Assembly: GCA_903893485.1 (NCBI GenBank) | Contig: CAITMK010000014.1 | Span: 2,144-66,143 of the forward strand | Direction of reading: 5' to 3' | DNA: 64,000 bases | Source of the DNA: Candidatus Magasanikiibacteriota bacterium | Lineage (GTDB): Bacteria; Patescibacteriota; Patescibacteriia; Magasanikbacterales; 2-02-FULL-50-9b | Notes under the pieces: generated by a model | What the model saw: only the letters and a program-made list of their open reading frames with translations | The model's database searches: none | What the model was told of the DNA's origin: nothing | Translations under genes and position numbers: made by a program | Shown: positions 48,971 to 59,438 of the stretch, one piece after another | Layout: each line of letters starts with the position of its first letter | Position numbering within the stretch: position 1 is the stretch's first letter

Positions 48971-50971
48971 CTACTGTGCAAAAATAAACGGATCAAATCG
49001 ATCACCTTTTACAATATCACGACGAAGTACATAATTGATAAGACCGTGCGCGTCAAAAATCGATAGTTCAAGCGAGTTGTCAATTTGTGAAGTTGCGGTA
49101 AGGCGAAGTGCATCACCAATGTGCGCAAAAGAAATTCCAATTAGCTTACCATCCGGAATTGCAGGCGAATACGTTGTTAACAGTTTTCCAAAAATATCGT
49201 AGTACGTGATTAAAATATTTTGTCCAGTTGTTGCCGAGACAAATAAGGCATCATCTGATCCGTTCATTTGTGGAGCAGAACCAAATGAATAATTTACTCC
49301 CTTTTGAGTTGGTACTTGAAACGATGAAACAAACGCACCGATATCATTCCATGCATATGCGGTAATGTCATTTTTGTGTGTAACCGTTGTTACAATATAT
49401 TCTGCACCCGCCCGAAAATACGAAGTGATTCCGAGCACCCCTTTGGCATCGATTAATGGAAGTGCACGCCGAATTTTTCCATCACCGCCAATAATTACCA
49501 TGGTTGGATTATTATCCGCGACCGCAATAATTTCTGATGAGCCATCGCGATTAAGATCGGCGGCAGTAATATGCACCGCGCCACGCACCTTTGGACCAAA
49601 TGGTCTGATGGTGGTAATTAAGGTTCCATTTTGTTGCAAAAATTTAATAATTGGCCCCTTTGCATCATTATACGCAACGATAAATGGCGTTGCGCCTGAG
49701 CCGTCGATATCGGCACTGAGCGCCTGAGCCGTGGTGATTTTTCCCGGCGCAAATAAAATACGACGCTGTTCATCGAGCGATTCATTTTGAACGACCAACG
49801 ATGCGCCTTTTTTATTGTATACAATCCCCGCTACGGCACTTGTATCTGGCGCCGCGCCACCATGAATTGCATATTGAACCGCCTTTGCCGCATTGAGTGA
49901 ACCGCGCCCCGCGGATAAATCTCCATTACCCGGAATTGGATCTGATGTGTCGACAAGCGCTTGTCGAATTTCATTGGGACCCCAATTTGGTTGAATTGAT
50001 TTAACCAACGCCGCAACACCCGTAACAAATGGTGCAGCGATTGAAGTACCCGACCATGTGCCACCATAAATATCAGAAAATCCATGTGTTGGATCAAAAA
50101 ATAATGTCGATGAAATTCGAAATCCTGGCGCTGAAATATCAACACATTTACTTCCGTAATTTGAAAATGGTGCAAGCGTTCCAATATCATTTAAAGCCGC
50201 AACTCCAATTACCCAATTTTCTTCTTTGAGTGGATCATCAAAACAAACGGGATATTGTGGTTCCAAATTTAAATTAGTGCCCGCAGCATGTTCCGGCGCA
50301 TTTCCTGCTGCTGCAATAACCGTGATACCCGCACGATACGCACGGCGAATTGCCTGAATAAAATTTAAACTTGGTGTTGGGCCGACAAAACTCAAATTGA
50401 TAATCTGCGCTTTGTGTGCAATCGCATAATCAATTGCCTTAACAGCCAAATCAGAATCTCCATCACCACGTTCATTTAAAATTTTAAGCGGCATGATTTT
50501 AACATGCCACGCAACGCCCGCGCCACCCAAAAAATTATTTCCCTCCGCGCCAATAATACCCGCAACCACGGTACCATGATTTATTCCAATCCGAGTTGAT
50601 GATGTAACTGAAGGATCTGGTCGAACATTTGAATTATTATCAACAAAGTTCCAGCCATTTAAATCATCGATATATCCATCGTTGTCATTATCCAAGCCAT
50701 CTAACTTTTCTCCGGGATTTGACCAAATATTTTGGCTGATATCGGGATTTAAAATATCAACACCCGTATCAATTACTGCAACAATCACGTCGCTTGATCC
50801 CTGAGTTTTATCCCACGCATCGGGTAAATGCAGCATACTAATTCCATTTGCCTCTGACCATTGTGGATCGTTTGGTTGAAATGCAAACGCAGACAGTGGC
50901 GATACAAAAAGCGCGCACAAAATAATTGTGTGTGCGATTCGTGATGGAATGGTATGAGAATGAACCGTCAT
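48971..50971 (-). CDS. Secreted S8 (subtilisin) peptidase with FG-GAP-like C-terminal region
   Basis: VAVIDTG, HGTVVAG, GTSIAAP triad; ADLNRDGSSEII. Confidence 0.93.
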   Translation of the reverse strand: MTVHSHTIPSRIAHTIILCALFVSPLSAFAFQPNDPQWSEANGISMLHLPDAWDKTQGSSDVIVAVIDTGVDILNPDISQNIWSNPGEKLDGLDNDNDGYIDDLNGWNFVDNNSNVRPDPSVTSSTRIGINHGTVVAGIIGAEGNNFLGGAGVAWHVKIMPLKILNERGDGDSDLAVKAIDYAIAHKAQIINLSFVGPTPSLNFIQAIRRAYRAGITVIAAAGNAPEHAAGTNLNLEPQYPVCFDDPLKEENWVIGVAALNDIGTLAPFSNYGSKCVDISAPGFRISSTLFFDPTHGFSDIYGGTWSGTSIAAPFVTGVAALVKSIQPNWGPNEIRQALVDTSDPIPGNGDLSAGRGSLNAAKAVQYAIHGGAAPDTSAVAGIVYNKKGASLVVQNESLDEQRRILFAPGKITTAQALSADIDGSGATPFIVAYNDAKGPIIKFLQQNGTLITTIRPFGPKVRGAVHITAADLNRDGSSEIIAVADNNPTMVIIGGDGKIRRALPLIDAKGVLGITSYFRAGAEYIVTTVTHKNDITAYAWNDIGAFVSSFQVPTQKGVNYSFGSAPQMNGSDDALFVSATTGQNILITYYDIFGKLLTTYSPAIPDGKLIGISFAHIGDALRLTATSQIDNSLELSIFDAHGLINYVLRRDIVKGDRFDPFIFAQ

Positions 50972-50983
50972 GTGACTTTAAAA

Positions 50984-51667
50984 TTATTTTTGAGCCGCAG
51001 AAAGCTCTTTAAGCGCTGATGCGTAAGCTTGATCCGATAATGCGCCACCTTTATGTGCTGCCTCATAATCCGCGCGTGCGTCTGCAAAACGACCAATATC
51101 GCGCAAATATGCGGCGCGTTCAATGAATAGCTCGCCCGCGCCAAGAACACGCTTAATTCCCTCTGCATATACGGCCAAGATTTCATCAGGTGACGCTTTT
51201 GATTTATACCGAAGCAAATCAATGAGCGTTGAATAAACCGTGGCATCGCCAGGTGTAAGTGCGATCGTTCGTTCAAGCGTGTTTTTTGCATCATTATACT
51301 GACCAAGTTGCGTTTGTGTATCTGCTAAATTTAGCAAGATTACAGAGTTCTTGCCCTGAAGTGCAGCATCAGCTTGCTGATATACACGCAATGCTGCCTG
51401 ATACCATACAGGATCTTTTGTAATACTACCAATCGTTGCCCACTCAAGACCAACGTGCAAATACGGTTGGGCGATCGAACCATTTGATGCGATATCCTTC
51501 TGGGCCGCAATAGCCTCATCATAATACGTATACAACTCTGGATGTGATGCAAGTAATGTGCGTGATGGATTATCTGATTTTTTTGGAGCCAAGTAAAAAA
51601 ATCCTCCGGCGCAGACAACAATAACAACCACTAAAACCGATAAAATAGATATTCCGCGCGTATTCAT
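50984..51667 (-). CDS. Membrane-anchored TPR protein
   Basis: N-terminal RG-ISILSVLVVV hydrophobic segment; TPR-like helices. Confidence 0.75.
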   Translation of the reverse strand: MNTRGISILSVLVVVIVVCAGGFFYLAPKKSDNPSRTLLASHPELYTYYDEAIAAQKDIASNGSIAQPYLHVGLEWATIGSITKDPVWYQAALRVYQQADAALQGKNSVILLNLADTQTQLGQYNDAKNTLERTIALTPGDATVYSTLIDLLRYKSKASPDEILAVYAEGIKRVLGAGELFIERAAYLRDIGRFADARADYEAAHKGGALSDQAYASALKELSAAQK

Positions 51668-51725
51668 ACTAACTTGAAAAAATTTTGCTTTTATGGTATA
51701 ACTTTGCCAATTATACGTGGGTCTT

Positions 51726-53087
51726 ATGGTCAATGTCAAAAAACGTCAATTCATTCTTCTCGTGGTTGATTTTTTGCTAATGTATGGGGCATTAGCACTT
51801 ACCCTTCTGGTACGCTACAAATCAGCCGGATTTAAAGCAATGTTTGCACTTCATGTGGCCCCTATGAGCCTTGTTTTTGCGATCTGGCTGGTGCTTTTGT
51901 ATGCAAATGGCATGTATGACTTATCACTACAAAAACCGTCCTTGCCTCTGTATCGCCGCCTGTTCGAGACCGTGATTATCTGTCTCGTAATCGCCGCGCC
52001 GCTATTTTATATTTTTCCCTTTTTTGGTATTGCACCAAAAACAAACCTGATGATTTGTCTCGGATTTTTCTCTGCACTGTTAGTGCTTTGGCGACTCGGC
52101 ATTAGCAGTGTCAGTGCCGCACGCATTCGTACCCTCATTGTTCATCCATCCGCGGAACTTCTTGAGGTCGTTACTGATTTAGTGAATCATCCACAATTTG
52201 GATATGAAATTGTGGGTATCGTTTCAGAAGCGCCGCATCCAATTGCTGGTATACCTCATTTTCCAGAAAGCACGCCGCTACGCGCTATTGCATCGGAACA
52301 TTCCATCAATCTCATGGTTGTGGGACAAACACATATTGCACTGCGCGTACAACAGGAACTTTACGAGTTACTTTTTTGGCACATGAATGTGTTGCCCGCG
52401 GACGAATTTATCAGCACCTTTACCGGCCGCATTCCACTTGAAGCGCTCAATGAAGAGTGGTTTTTTCACCATATCAAGACGGAACGAATTGGGTATGATT
52501 TACTGCATCGCGTGTTTGATTTTGTCACCGCGACCGTTGGTTTTCTCATGCTCTGTTTGTTAACACCGATTGTTGCTATTGGCATTAAAATGGGTTCACC
52601 GGGCCCCTTATTTTATCTACAAGAACGCGTTGGTAAAAATGGAAAACACTTTAAAGTTATTAAATTTCGTACCATGCAAGCTTTAAGCGCGGATGGCGGC
52701 GCCGAATTAGCTGGCGCGCAAATGGCAGATCGCAACGATCCACGCGTGTTGCCATTTGGCAAATGGCTCCGTCGTATGCGCATCGATGAATTACCACAGG
52801 TCATCAACATTTTTAATGGTGATATGAGTTTTATCGGTCCCCGCCCCGAGCGCCCACAATTTGTATATGAATTTGAACGACAAATGCCGTACTATCAGAT
52901 ACGGCATTTGGTAAAACCTGGAATTACGGGCTGGGCACAAGCGGTTTATCCGTATGCCGCAAACACCGAGCAACAAATCCGCAAATTTCAATACGATTTA
53001 TATTACATTAAAAATCGATCACTGGTAATCGATTTGGCAATTATTTTAAAAACCATCCACGTGGTTTTTTATCAAAAAGGCCAATAA
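51726..53087 (+). CDS. Polyprenyl-phosphate sugar transferase (WcaJ/WbaP family)
   Basis: KFRTM, DELPQ, GDMSFIGPRPERP, KPGITGWAQ, YDLYY. Confidence 0.95.
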   Translation: MVNVKKRQFILLVVDFLLMYGALALTLLVRYKSAGFKAMFALHVAPMSLVFAIWLVLLYANGMYDLSLQKPSLPLYRRLFETVIICLVIAAPLFYIFPFFGIAPKTNLMICLGFFSALLVLWRLGISSVSAARIRTLIVHPSAELLEVVTDLVNHPQFGYEIVGIVSEAPHPIAGIPHFPESTPLRAIASEHSINLMVVGQTHIALRVQQELYELLFWHMNVLPADEFISTFTGRIPLEALNEEWFFHHIKTERIGYDLLHRVFDFVTATVGFLMLCLLTPIVAIGIKMGSPGPLFYLQERVGKNGKHFKVIKFRTMQALSADGGAELAGAQMADRNDPRVLPFGKWLRRMRIDELPQVINIFNGDMSFIGPRPERPQFVYEFERQMPYYQIRHLVKPGITGWAQAVYPYAANTEQQIRKFQYDLYYIKNRSLVIDLAIILKTIHVVFYQKGQ

Positions 53088-53094
53088 GCAGCGT

Positions 53095-53910
53095 TTAGCG
53101 GTCTTTATCAAGGCGAGATTGTGCAACCAATGCGTTATTAATCGCTTCCGTGGTTTTAAGTAACTCAACAGGAGCACCTAAACGATCACCAAGTTGAATA
53201 AGCGCGCGAGTATCTTTTGGCAAACATTTACCGCCATATCCGCGAAACCCTTTGTGAAACACATCAAGATGCGAGCGGCCAATGCGTTTATCTGCGGCAG
53301 CAGATTCTTTAACCGTATCGTAATCGATGCCAAGTTTTTGGCAAACATCGTACATTTGATTTGCAAAAACAACCTTAACCGCAAACCAAGTATTACCAAA
53401 ATATTTAACCATTTCTGCTTCAGTCGCAGGAATAATTCGCTCGAATGGCGCGAGCGGCAAAAGCAGCATGACATCGGCAGCAACCGTAAAACTTTGTTTG
53501 GTGTAACCAATAATCTGGCGATCTGGAAATGACATGTCCTGATCTGCTGTTTCTTCGGTCAAAAATTCTGGATTAAAAAGTAATTTTAATTCTGGAAATT
53601 TGGTTTGATAGCTTTCGGTGGTACCAGGAAGTACGGTTGATTTAATTACCACGGTTTTGCCGGCAGGAATAACTGCAAGCGCCGCATCAACGTACGATAA
53701 ATCAAAACCGCCACGATCTTCGTCGTATGGAGTTGGCACGCAAACGAAAATAATATCGGCCTTGCCCAATGCAGCAACATCGTCCAATCCCTTTGGTGGA
53801 TCGTAAGAAACAATTTCGTAATTTTGTTTACCCAAAAAACGCTGCATTGCACCGCCTACCATGCCGGTGCCCATTATTCCAATCGTTGGTTTCTGTGTCA
53901 TAGTGCTCAT
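53095..53910 (-). CDS. UDP-glucose/GDP-mannose dehydrogenase family protein lacking the C-terminal domain
   Basis: GTGMVG, CVPTP, KSTVLPG, NPEFL, GYGGKCLPKD; only 271 aa. Confidence 0.88.
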   Translation of the reverse strand: MSTMTQKPTIGIMGTGMVGGAMQRFLGKQNYEIVSYDPPKGLDDVAALGKADIIFVCVPTPYDEDRGGFDLSYVDAALAVIPAGKTVVIKSTVLPGTTESYQTKFPELKLLFNPEFLTEETADQDMSFPDRQIIGYTKQSFTVAADVMLLLPLAPFERIIPATEAEMVKYFGNTWFAVKVVFANQMYDVCQKLGIDYDTVKESAAADKRIGRSHLDVFHKGFRGYGGKCLPKDTRALIQLGDRLGAPVELLKTTEAINNALVAQSRLDKDR

Positions 53911-53937
53911 TAGTCTAACAAAAAATAAACCTGATTG

Positions 53938-55086
53938 TCAAACATCGAATACCGTTTTCGTAATCCACTCGTCTATCTGCGGCGCCAAGATTGACCAGTC
54001 AAATAATTGCACCTGTTTTTGTGCCGCGGCCACTAATTGTGCTGCTAGTAATGGGTCTGATTGAATTTGTCGAAGCGCGGCCGCGAGTTCATGTACTTGT
54101 TGCGGCAAAACCAATATACCCGTACCCGAAACCACGGTTTCTGGAATACCACCAACTTTAGTTGCAACCACCGGCAGGCCCATTGCCATCGCCTCCAAAA
54201 AAACAATACCCTGCCCCTCAGATAAAGCCGCGCGACAAAAAATATCACTAGCAGCCGCATATTTCAATATCTTTGCGCGATCGGCGGTGCCGACAAAGTG
54301 TACCCGCCCAGCAAAAGCAGCTGCAGCCTGACCCAACGATTCCCGAAGCAATCCATCACCGACAATTATCAAATGCGTATCTGGCAAATCAGTAAGTGCG
54401 CTAATTAAATCTTGCACGCCATTTTTTGTGACCAAACGAGAAACGGTTACTATTGTTGAAGCCGAATCTGGAATTCCTAATTTTGTTCGCACATCGCGGC
54501 GCCAATCCTTTCGATTCTCTGGTGTGATATTGAAATCAGAAACCGATACGCCATTTGGAATTACCACAGGCTCACGCATCAGTGGGCCGAACGTTTTTGC
54601 CCACTGCGCAAGAAAACTCGCGATCGCCTGAATCCCCACAGCGCGTTTAAAAATCTGTGCAAAAATAATTCGCACTCGCGCGACCCGTTTATTTACAATT
54701 CGCAAATCGTCACCTTCTTGCAACGTGAGCGCATACTTAATTTTAAGCAATCGATTGGTAATGAACGCGCTCATACCGGCATAACTTGCCATAATTGCCC
54801 ATACGCCAATCGGTGTATTTTTTTTGTGCACGCGCTGCACATACCACCAGCCAAAAAACATGAGCAATAGTTTATCCAATTTTGGATTACCAATACCAAC
54901 GCGAATCACGGGAACGCCCGCAAAAAAGTCGCGTGCCGGCAAATCAGCACGAAGCCGCGCCGTAACAACTGTACAATCCAAATGAGTCGAAAGCTGCGGT
55001 AAAATTGCCTGCACCGCCATTTCTGCACCGCCCACGTGTGGATAAAAAGCCGTTGTCAAAATAACCAACTGAGGGCGCTGTTCCAT
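53938..55086 (-). CDS. Glycosyltransferase family 4
   Basis: GGAE, VSRLVTKNG, EGQGIVFLEAMA. Confidence 0.93.
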   Translation of the reverse strand: MEQRPQLVILTTAFYPHVGGAEMAVQAILPQLSTHLDCTVVTARLRADLPARDFFAGVPVIRVGIGNPKLDKLLLMFFGWWYVQRVHKKNTPIGVWAIMASYAGMSAFITNRLLKIKYALTLQEGDDLRIVNKRVARVRIIFAQIFKRAVGIQAIASFLAQWAKTFGPLMREPVVIPNGVSVSDFNITPENRKDWRRDVRTKLGIPDSASTIVTVSRLVTKNGVQDLISALTDLPDTHLIIVGDGLLRESLGQAAAAFAGRVHFVGTADRAKILKYAAASDIFCRAALSEGQGIVFLEAMAMGLPVVATKVGGIPETVVSGTGILVLPQQVHELAAALRQIQSDPLLAAQLVAAAQKQVQLFDWSILAPQIDEWITKTVFDV

Positions 55087-55088
55087 AT

Positions 55089-57287
55089 TTATTTAATAGC
55101 CGGTAAATTGGCCGCAGGAAACTGTTGACGAATCCAATAACGCGTCGCGGAATCATTTGCTTTTGCAGCAGTCGTATCAAACAAACCAATGGCTGGATCG
55201 CGCGGATCCGAAATATATTTTTGAGTTACTGCCAATTTATATAAACGAACTGCTGAACCATACTGGCCAGCGTCAGAATAAATCATGATGGCCGCTTGTA
55301 CTGCCGCTGAAGAATCGAGCGTTTGACCAAGCTCAAGCGCAGTTGCAAGTTCGGAAGCTGCTCGTTGCTTATCAACGCCAATAAGCATTGTTGCAAAAAT
55401 CCAATGTGAAAAAGGCACATCAGGTTCTAATTTTACCGCGTGATCCATGAGCTGTATTGCGGTTGCCGTATCTTTTACCGTCATTTTAAGTCGCGCCCAG
55501 CTATAATAAATCTGCTGGCGATTTGGACTAAACCTTACTGCCAATGCAAACCGCGCATCTGCCTGCTGCACCGTTGTAGCGCCACCAATTGGCGCATAAT
55601 TAGACATAATTTGAGCCTCCAATAACGCGGCCAAAACATTTGCCGGCTCGTAATTTGCTAATAACGTATCGAGCGATTTAATTCCATACGCATAATAATC
55701 TTGATGCGCCTGCAAATCTTGCGTTGACATCGATTGCATGGTGCGGCCAACATCAAGTAGCACATCAGCGGTATGCGGCCCCTTAAGTGCAAAAGCGCTA
55801 TCGAACGATACTTCAGCGCCAGAATAATCCTGGCCATTGATAGCCATCTGCGCATCTAAATCTGCTGAATTTTGGCGAACCGACGGCACGACCATCCAAA
55901 GCATTGCCAAAAATAATAGTGCCTGCAACATAAAAACAAGTACGGGGGACGGTACACTTGCTTTTTTTACATCGCCGGATTCTTTAAGTCGCGCATATTC
56001 CGCAAAAACCAAGCCCGCCATGAAATAAAACATGGCATAGGACGATGGATGATCAAACACAAATAAATTGTGAATGAAATGCACGACAAAAAAAGCAACG
56101 TAAATACTTGCACGGAATTCAGATAGTTCGTCAGATTGGTATGCGCGACATAATTGAATTCCCATCCAGATAAGCAAAATATATTGCAAAAGATATAGTG
56201 AAAATCCAACCGCACCTTGCGTTACCAACGCTTCGATCGGTGCATCATGCGCGTGATCAAACCACGTTTCATAACTACCAAACAGCTGTGATTGTGGATT
56301 AAAGAATTTATTAAAAACATAAAAATAATTTTCTGGCCCCCAACCAAATACTGGTCGCTCCTTAAATCCTTTAAATGCAATTTCCCACGCAATGAAACGA
56401 GTACTTGCGGTACCGCTGCTTGATGAAATATCAAGCAAACGATTCACCATGCTGGCCTGACCAAGCGCACCAAAATGATCAGCGACAAATAAAGCGGCGG
56501 CCAAGAAAATAAATACGCCACCAATTTGTTTGATGCGCGTTGCGTATCCTCGCTTCCAAAAACGCGGCAAATAAATAATACCAATACCACAAAGTCCAAC
56601 AATTAACGCAAGCAAAGCACTTCGCGTGCCAGAAAAATATAAAGCCAGCAAATGAATAACCCCAATGCCAATATACACACCACGCATTTTGGTGCGCCAG
56701 TATTTATAAATAAACCAACCCGTGATAAGTAGCGATTCCGCAGCAAAGCCACCCATATAAATTGGGTTACCAAACACACCGGCCACACGATTGCTGGCAG
56801 AATTTAAAAAACTTGGATCAATTACCTGAATGAGTCCGGAAAGCGAAACCGGAATTGAAACCCATAAAAAAACCGAGAGCGCTTTTTCAATTGCACTAAT
56901 TCGCGCTTCATAAAAATAAAGCCCAACTAATACACTAAAAACTAATGCATGGATAATAAACACCGCGCCGGTCATACGCTCAAAGTTGCTCCACAGTGCA
57001 CGATTTACATCGAATGCAGAAAACGCGCTAAGTAAAAGCGCAACGATATATGCCCCCGCAAACCAAAAGTACGCGCCGCGCAAAAAAGGTCGCGCCGCGC
57101 CCGCAACCAAGGCAGGCACTGAAAAAATAGCAAGCAAAAAAACAACAACTTCAAAAAAAATTGCCTTTGGAAAAACAAATGGAAAAATTGATTGCGAACT
57201 AAGTACAATCAGCGGCGTAATAAATGATGCGTAAATTACCCAACGACGCATGCGATTTGAGAAAATAGTTGCAAGAAAATCTGACAT
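55089..57287 (-). CDS. O-antigen ligase / O-OTase family protein with TPR tail (paralog 1)
   Basis: RVAGVFGNP, SGTRSA, GWGPENY, FDHAHD; ~12 TMs. Confidence 0.88.
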   Translation of the reverse strand: MSDFLATIFSNRMRRWVIYASFITPLIVLSSQSIFPFVFPKAIFFEVVVFLLAIFSVPALVAGAARPFLRGAYFWFAGAYIVALLLSAFSAFDVNRALWSNFERMTGAVFIIHALVFSVLVGLYFYEARISAIEKALSVFLWVSIPVSLSGLIQVIDPSFLNSASNRVAGVFGNPIYMGGFAAESLLITGWFIYKYWRTKMRGVYIGIGVIHLLALYFSGTRSALLALIVGLCGIGIIYLPRFWKRGYATRIKQIGGVFIFLAAALFVADHFGALGQASMVNRLLDISSSSGTASTRFIAWEIAFKGFKERPVFGWGPENYFYVFNKFFNPQSQLFGSYETWFDHAHDAPIEALVTQGAVGFSLYLLQYILLIWMGIQLCRAYQSDELSEFRASIYVAFFVVHFIHNLFVFDHPSSYAMFYFMAGLVFAEYARLKESGDVKKASVPSPVLVFMLQALLFLAMLWMVVPSVRQNSADLDAQMAINGQDYSGAEVSFDSAFALKGPHTADVLLDVGRTMQSMSTQDLQAHQDYYAYGIKSLDTLLANYEPANVLAALLEAQIMSNYAPIGGATTVQQADARFALAVRFSPNRQQIYYSWARLKMTVKDTATAIQLMDHAVKLEPDVPFSHWIFATMLIGVDKQRAASELATALELGQTLDSSAAVQAAIMIYSDAGQYGSAVRLYKLAVTQKYISDPRDPAIGLFDTTAAKANDSATRYWIRQQFPAANLPAIK

Positions 57288-57288
57288 A

Positions 57289-59376
57289 TTAATGAAGTTG
57301 TTTTAAAAATATCTCTGCATCTGGCGCGAACGACGGATCAAGATCCACTGCCGATTGAACCGCTGCGCGCGCTTCAGCATTTTTATGAAGCACCGCATAG
57401 GTTGCCGCGAGATGTGCATAGCGTGATGCCGTTGGATGAATTGCCAGCAGCTTCTGAAATAAATCTACGATAAGTGCATATTCTTTTTCAGTCGTTAAAC
57501 GCTGCACCAGCGCGTCTACGGTCGGTTGAATTTCATCGTTATCTCGAATACGAACCGCCTGCACCACGCTTGCAATTGCCGCCGGATACTTAGGTTTTAA
57601 CATGTATACATACGTAAGCACATCCCAAGCTTCTTGCCGATACGGCGAAATAATTTGTGCTTGCAAAAATGCTTTTTCCGAAACATCCAGATACGAAGTA
57701 TCATCAAGCAAGAGTGCGGTATGATATGCTGCCTTACCACCAAACAATTCCCAACGAGAATCATTTTTATTTGCGGCAATATAATTTATGGTTCGCTGTC
57801 CGTTTTGTTTTACCGCGGCCAACCACAAACCGTGTGCTGGCTCTGGCATGGCTTGCGCAGCCTGTAAATCCGCATCAAATGGACTTAGAAGTGCGCCGGA
57901 TGTCCACTGCCACACCTCAAAATCATACGGCCCAGCTGGCGCAGCATACACGGTTTGTACGTCAGCGGCAACCGCCGCAAAATCTTTATCGGAAGCGCGG
58001 TTTAAAGCCTCTTGCGTAAAATATGCGGCGCGGACTGGCAAAACACCGCCGTAAACGATAGCGCCAATAGCAAAACAAAATACCACAAATTGAATCCCGC
58101 GATTTTTTCGAAACGCCCACGCGCGTGGCATTACAATAAAATTTCCTGGATCCGCAACCGCGGCAAGCAAAATTAATAAACTCAGCGCAGCCAGACTCGC
58201 ATACGTCTCGAATGAAACAAAAAGCATGAGCTGCAGCGCAACAAGTGACCCAACGAGTAGCGACGCGCCGAGCAGCCCAAATGCACGCGCCCCACGCGTT
58301 AACAAGGTATAACAAATTCCAGTTATAAATAACAAATATGCCAATAAACCCACAATTCCCGAAGCAACCAACGTTTCTAAATACATGTTATGCGGTTTAT
58401 CGATACGTGTTTCGTAATATGAATAATCCAAAAGTGCTGGATCAAAATATTTATCAGCAACCGCGCGATAATTTTCTGGTCCGCGACCTAAAATTGGATT
58501 ATCTTTGAAACCTTTCAATGCGATTTTCCAATTAATAATACGTGTCTGCACCGTGCTACTGCCACGCCCAAGTAAAATTATATTTTGCACCGTACCCTGC
58601 GCACCTGCAAAATATACAATGGTGCTAACAAGTATCGCAGCAAAACAAAACCCAGCGATATATATTTTTCCCTTTTTATAGCCACGCCAAAAATAAATCA
58701 GCGCAGCAACTAAAAGCCCCGCACCAACCCCAAGCACCGCACCACGCGTTAATGTTTGATAAAGTGCCGCCGCCACAACCACCATGGTGATGGGCAAAAA
58801 AAATAATCGAAACCACGCTGGCAAATGCAAACGTTTTCCATGAATCCATGCAAGTGGTAGTAGTAATAAAAGCGGCGAAAGCCATGCGCCAAAAACCATC
58901 GGATTACCATACGTACCACATAAACGCACGGGATCAACACAATCAAAAATAATCGGGCGAAACAGGGACAGTCCGCTAATTACGGCAGCCTGCAAAACAA
59001 CTACGTACCAAAAAATCCTTTGATTATCTGCGTGCTGCATTTCGCTGCGAGCAACCAATATCCACAGAAAAAAGGCGATCAAATGTGCAGCGCCCAACGC
59101 GCGCGTTCCGTCACTCCAAAAAGATTGCCCGGCGTTTACCCCAAAAATGCTGGTGATAATAAATATCGCCAAATACAGGGCAAATAATGCTTCAACCGCT
59201 CCAAACGTAAATTTTTCAATCTTGCTTTTTAGCAAAACATACAAACTCAGCAGACCAATAAGCAACACCCAGCACGCACGCGGCAGCGTTGATGGCATGA
59301 TAGTAAGGGGTACCACAATAAGTGGCGACAAAAGCCCTCCGACAAACGCAATGCGCGAAATGAGATTTTTGTTCAT
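57289..59376 (-). CDS. O-antigen ligase / O-OTase family protein with TPR tail (paralog 2)
   Basis: RLCGTYGNP, TLTRGA, GRGPENY, IDKPHN. Confidence 0.88.
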   Translation of the reverse strand: MNKNLISRIAFVGGLLSPLIVVPLTIMPSTLPRACWVLLIGLLSLYVLLKSKIEKFTFGAVEALFALYLAIFIITSIFGVNAGQSFWSDGTRALGAAHLIAFFLWILVARSEMQHADNQRIFWYVVVLQAAVISGLSLFRPIIFDCVDPVRLCGTYGNPMVFGAWLSPLLLLLPLAWIHGKRLHLPAWFRLFFLPITMVVVAAALYQTLTRGAVLGVGAGLLVAALIYFWRGYKKGKIYIAGFCFAAILVSTIVYFAGAQGTVQNIILLGRGSSTVQTRIINWKIALKGFKDNPILGRGPENYRAVADKYFDPALLDYSYYETRIDKPHNMYLETLVASGIVGLLAYLLFITGICYTLLTRGARAFGLLGASLLVGSLVALQLMLFVSFETYASLAALSLLILLAAVADPGNFIVMPRAWAFRKNRGIQFVVFCFAIGAIVYGGVLPVRAAYFTQEALNRASDKDFAAVAADVQTVYAAPAGPYDFEVWQWTSGALLSPFDADLQAAQAMPEPAHGLWLAAVKQNGQRTINYIAANKNDSRWELFGGKAAYHTALLLDDTSYLDVSEKAFLQAQIISPYRQEAWDVLTYVYMLKPKYPAAIASVVQAVRIRDNDEIQPTVDALVQRLTTEKEYALIVDLFQKLLAIHPTASRYAHLAATYAVLHKNAEARAAVQSAVDLDPSFAPDAEIFLKQLH

Positions 59377-59438
59377 ATCTTCCGCCTATAATAGCTCATT
59401 TTATTGACGCAATGCAAGCCGCCTTTTATACTGCATCC

